This document shows positions 24,920 through 25,905 of a DNA stretch of 25,905 bases, piece by piece. Position 1 is the stretch's first letter, and every line of letters begins with the position of its first letter. The DNA comes from Oligoflexales bacterium (GTDB lineage Bacteria; Bdellovibrionota_B; Oligoflexia; Oligoflexales; RGVZ01): assembly GCA_044236265.1 (NCBI GenBank), contig JBIIGV010000033.1, forward strand, positions 1 to 25,905. Direction: 5' to 3'. The translations under genes were made by a program, and so were the position numbers. The notes under the pieces were generated by a model. That model was given only the letters and a program-made list of their open reading frames with translations. It was not told the DNA's origin and did not search any database.

Positions 24920-25905
24920 GTGACAGATGCTAAAACAGAAAACCGCAAGACCCCACTTTATGACGCCCATGTCGCCCTCAAAGCAAAGATGATCCCTTTT
25001 GGTGGGTGGGTGATGCCAGTGAGTTACGAGGGAGTTTTAGCGGAGCACAAAACCGTGCGCGAGGCTTGCGGCATATTCGACGTTAGTCATATGGGCGAGG
25101 TTCGCTGCAAGGGTCCTGAGGCCGTCAAGTTTTTGCAGTGGCTAACGATCAACGACATCAACAAGCTAAAAATTGGCGGCGGTCAATATAGCGCAATCTT
25201 GAATGATCAAGCCGGAATGATTGATGATCTCATCATCTACCGGCTGGCAGAAGACGAGTTCTTTATCTGCATCAATGCTTCCAATCGCGATAAGGATTTT
25301 GCTTGGATCAAAGAAAAATCAAAGTCCTTTAACGTCACCGTAACTAACGAGTCTGACGACTGGGCGCAGATCGCAATCCAAGGTCCAAAATCGACTGATG
25401 TACTTGCCGCCATTCTTTCGGCGTCCGATGCAAACGCTATGCGCGCCTTGCCTTACACGAACATCATGACAGCTACGATTTCTGGAAAGGCGTCATTACT
25501 GGCGCGAACCGGCTACACAGGAGAGATGGGCTACGAACTCTATATCCCTAAAGCTGTCGCACACAATACATGGATGGCCCTTCTCGAGCACTCTCCTAAG
25601 TTTGGAGTAAAACCCATTGGCCTTGGGGCGAGGGATACACTTCGACTTGAAGCGTGTTACCTACTTTACGGTAATGACATGAATGATCACGTTACGCCTT
25701 TAGAGGCAGGAATTTCCTGGGCTACCAAAATTGATAAAGGTGACTTCATCGGCAGGGACTTGCTGGCAAAACAAAAATCGGCTGGCGTTAAGCGGCAGAT
25801 TCAAGCCTTTAAAATGATGGACGACGGCATTCCGCGCCATGGCATGAAAGTATTTTCCGGAGATAACGAAGTGGGAGAGGTCACAAGTGGTTCTGTTCTG
25901 CCAAC
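24920..25905 (+). CDS. gcvT: Glycine cleavage system aminomethyltransferase T (runs off the window end)
   Basis: Not in the ORF track. Manual translation from GTG 24920 (GGAGG at 24905-24909): MTDAKTENRKTPLYDAH...FGGWVMPVSY...EH...FDVSHMGE...IDDL...ARTGYTGEMGYE...GLGARDTLRLEA. Confidence 0.96.
   Translation, partial: MTDAKTENRKTPLYDAHVALKAKMIPFGGWVMPVSYEGVLAEHKTVREACGIFDVSHMGEVRCKGPEAVKFLQWLTINDINKLKIGGGQYSAILNDQAGMIDDLIIYRLAEDEFFICINASNRDKDFAWIKEKSKSFNVTVTNESDDWAQIAIQGPKSTDVLAAILSASDANAMRALPYTNIMTATISGKASLLARTGYTGEMGYELYIPKAVAHNTWMALLEHSPKFGVKPIGLGARDTLRLEACYLLYGNDMNDHVTPLEAGISWATKIDKGDFIGRDLLAKQKSAGVKRQIQAFKMMDDGIPRHGMKVFSGDNEVGEVTSGSVLP

Overview
Compact, mostly housekeeping segment of a bacterial chromosome. 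Gene content and style (short tandem flagellins, tilS-ftsH-folP-cdaA-cdaR, membrane PP2C sensor, type-2 MDH) suggest a Bdellovibrionota/Oligoflexia-like or related delta-lineage organism; this is an inference. Order: nadA-cysteine desulfurase (+); two flagellins (-) behind a sigma-28 promoter; tilS-ftsH-folP-cdaA-cdaR (+) meeting glmM-pdxJ-tsaE (-) tail-to-tail; membrane SpoIIE/PP2C protein (-); tRNA-Arg(ACG), tRNA-Ser(GCT) and tRNA-Ser(TGA) (-); htpX and mdh (-); an uncharacterised cluster (membrane-anchored CxxC protein, 61-aa ORF, degenerate MBL/beta-CASP protein ending in QPTLF) next to ftsK; two glycosyltransferases and a small secreted protein (-); and a truncated gcvT (+). I see no mobile element, CRISPR array or clear defence system. 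The best leads are: the apparently catalytically dead MBL protein with a clamp-binding-like tail and its neighbours; a shared two-hairpin (CsrA-like) leader on both flagellins; a probable inversion that splits the cdaA-cdaR-glmM operon; and a tRNA-Ser gene whose CCA is displaced by 8 nt.
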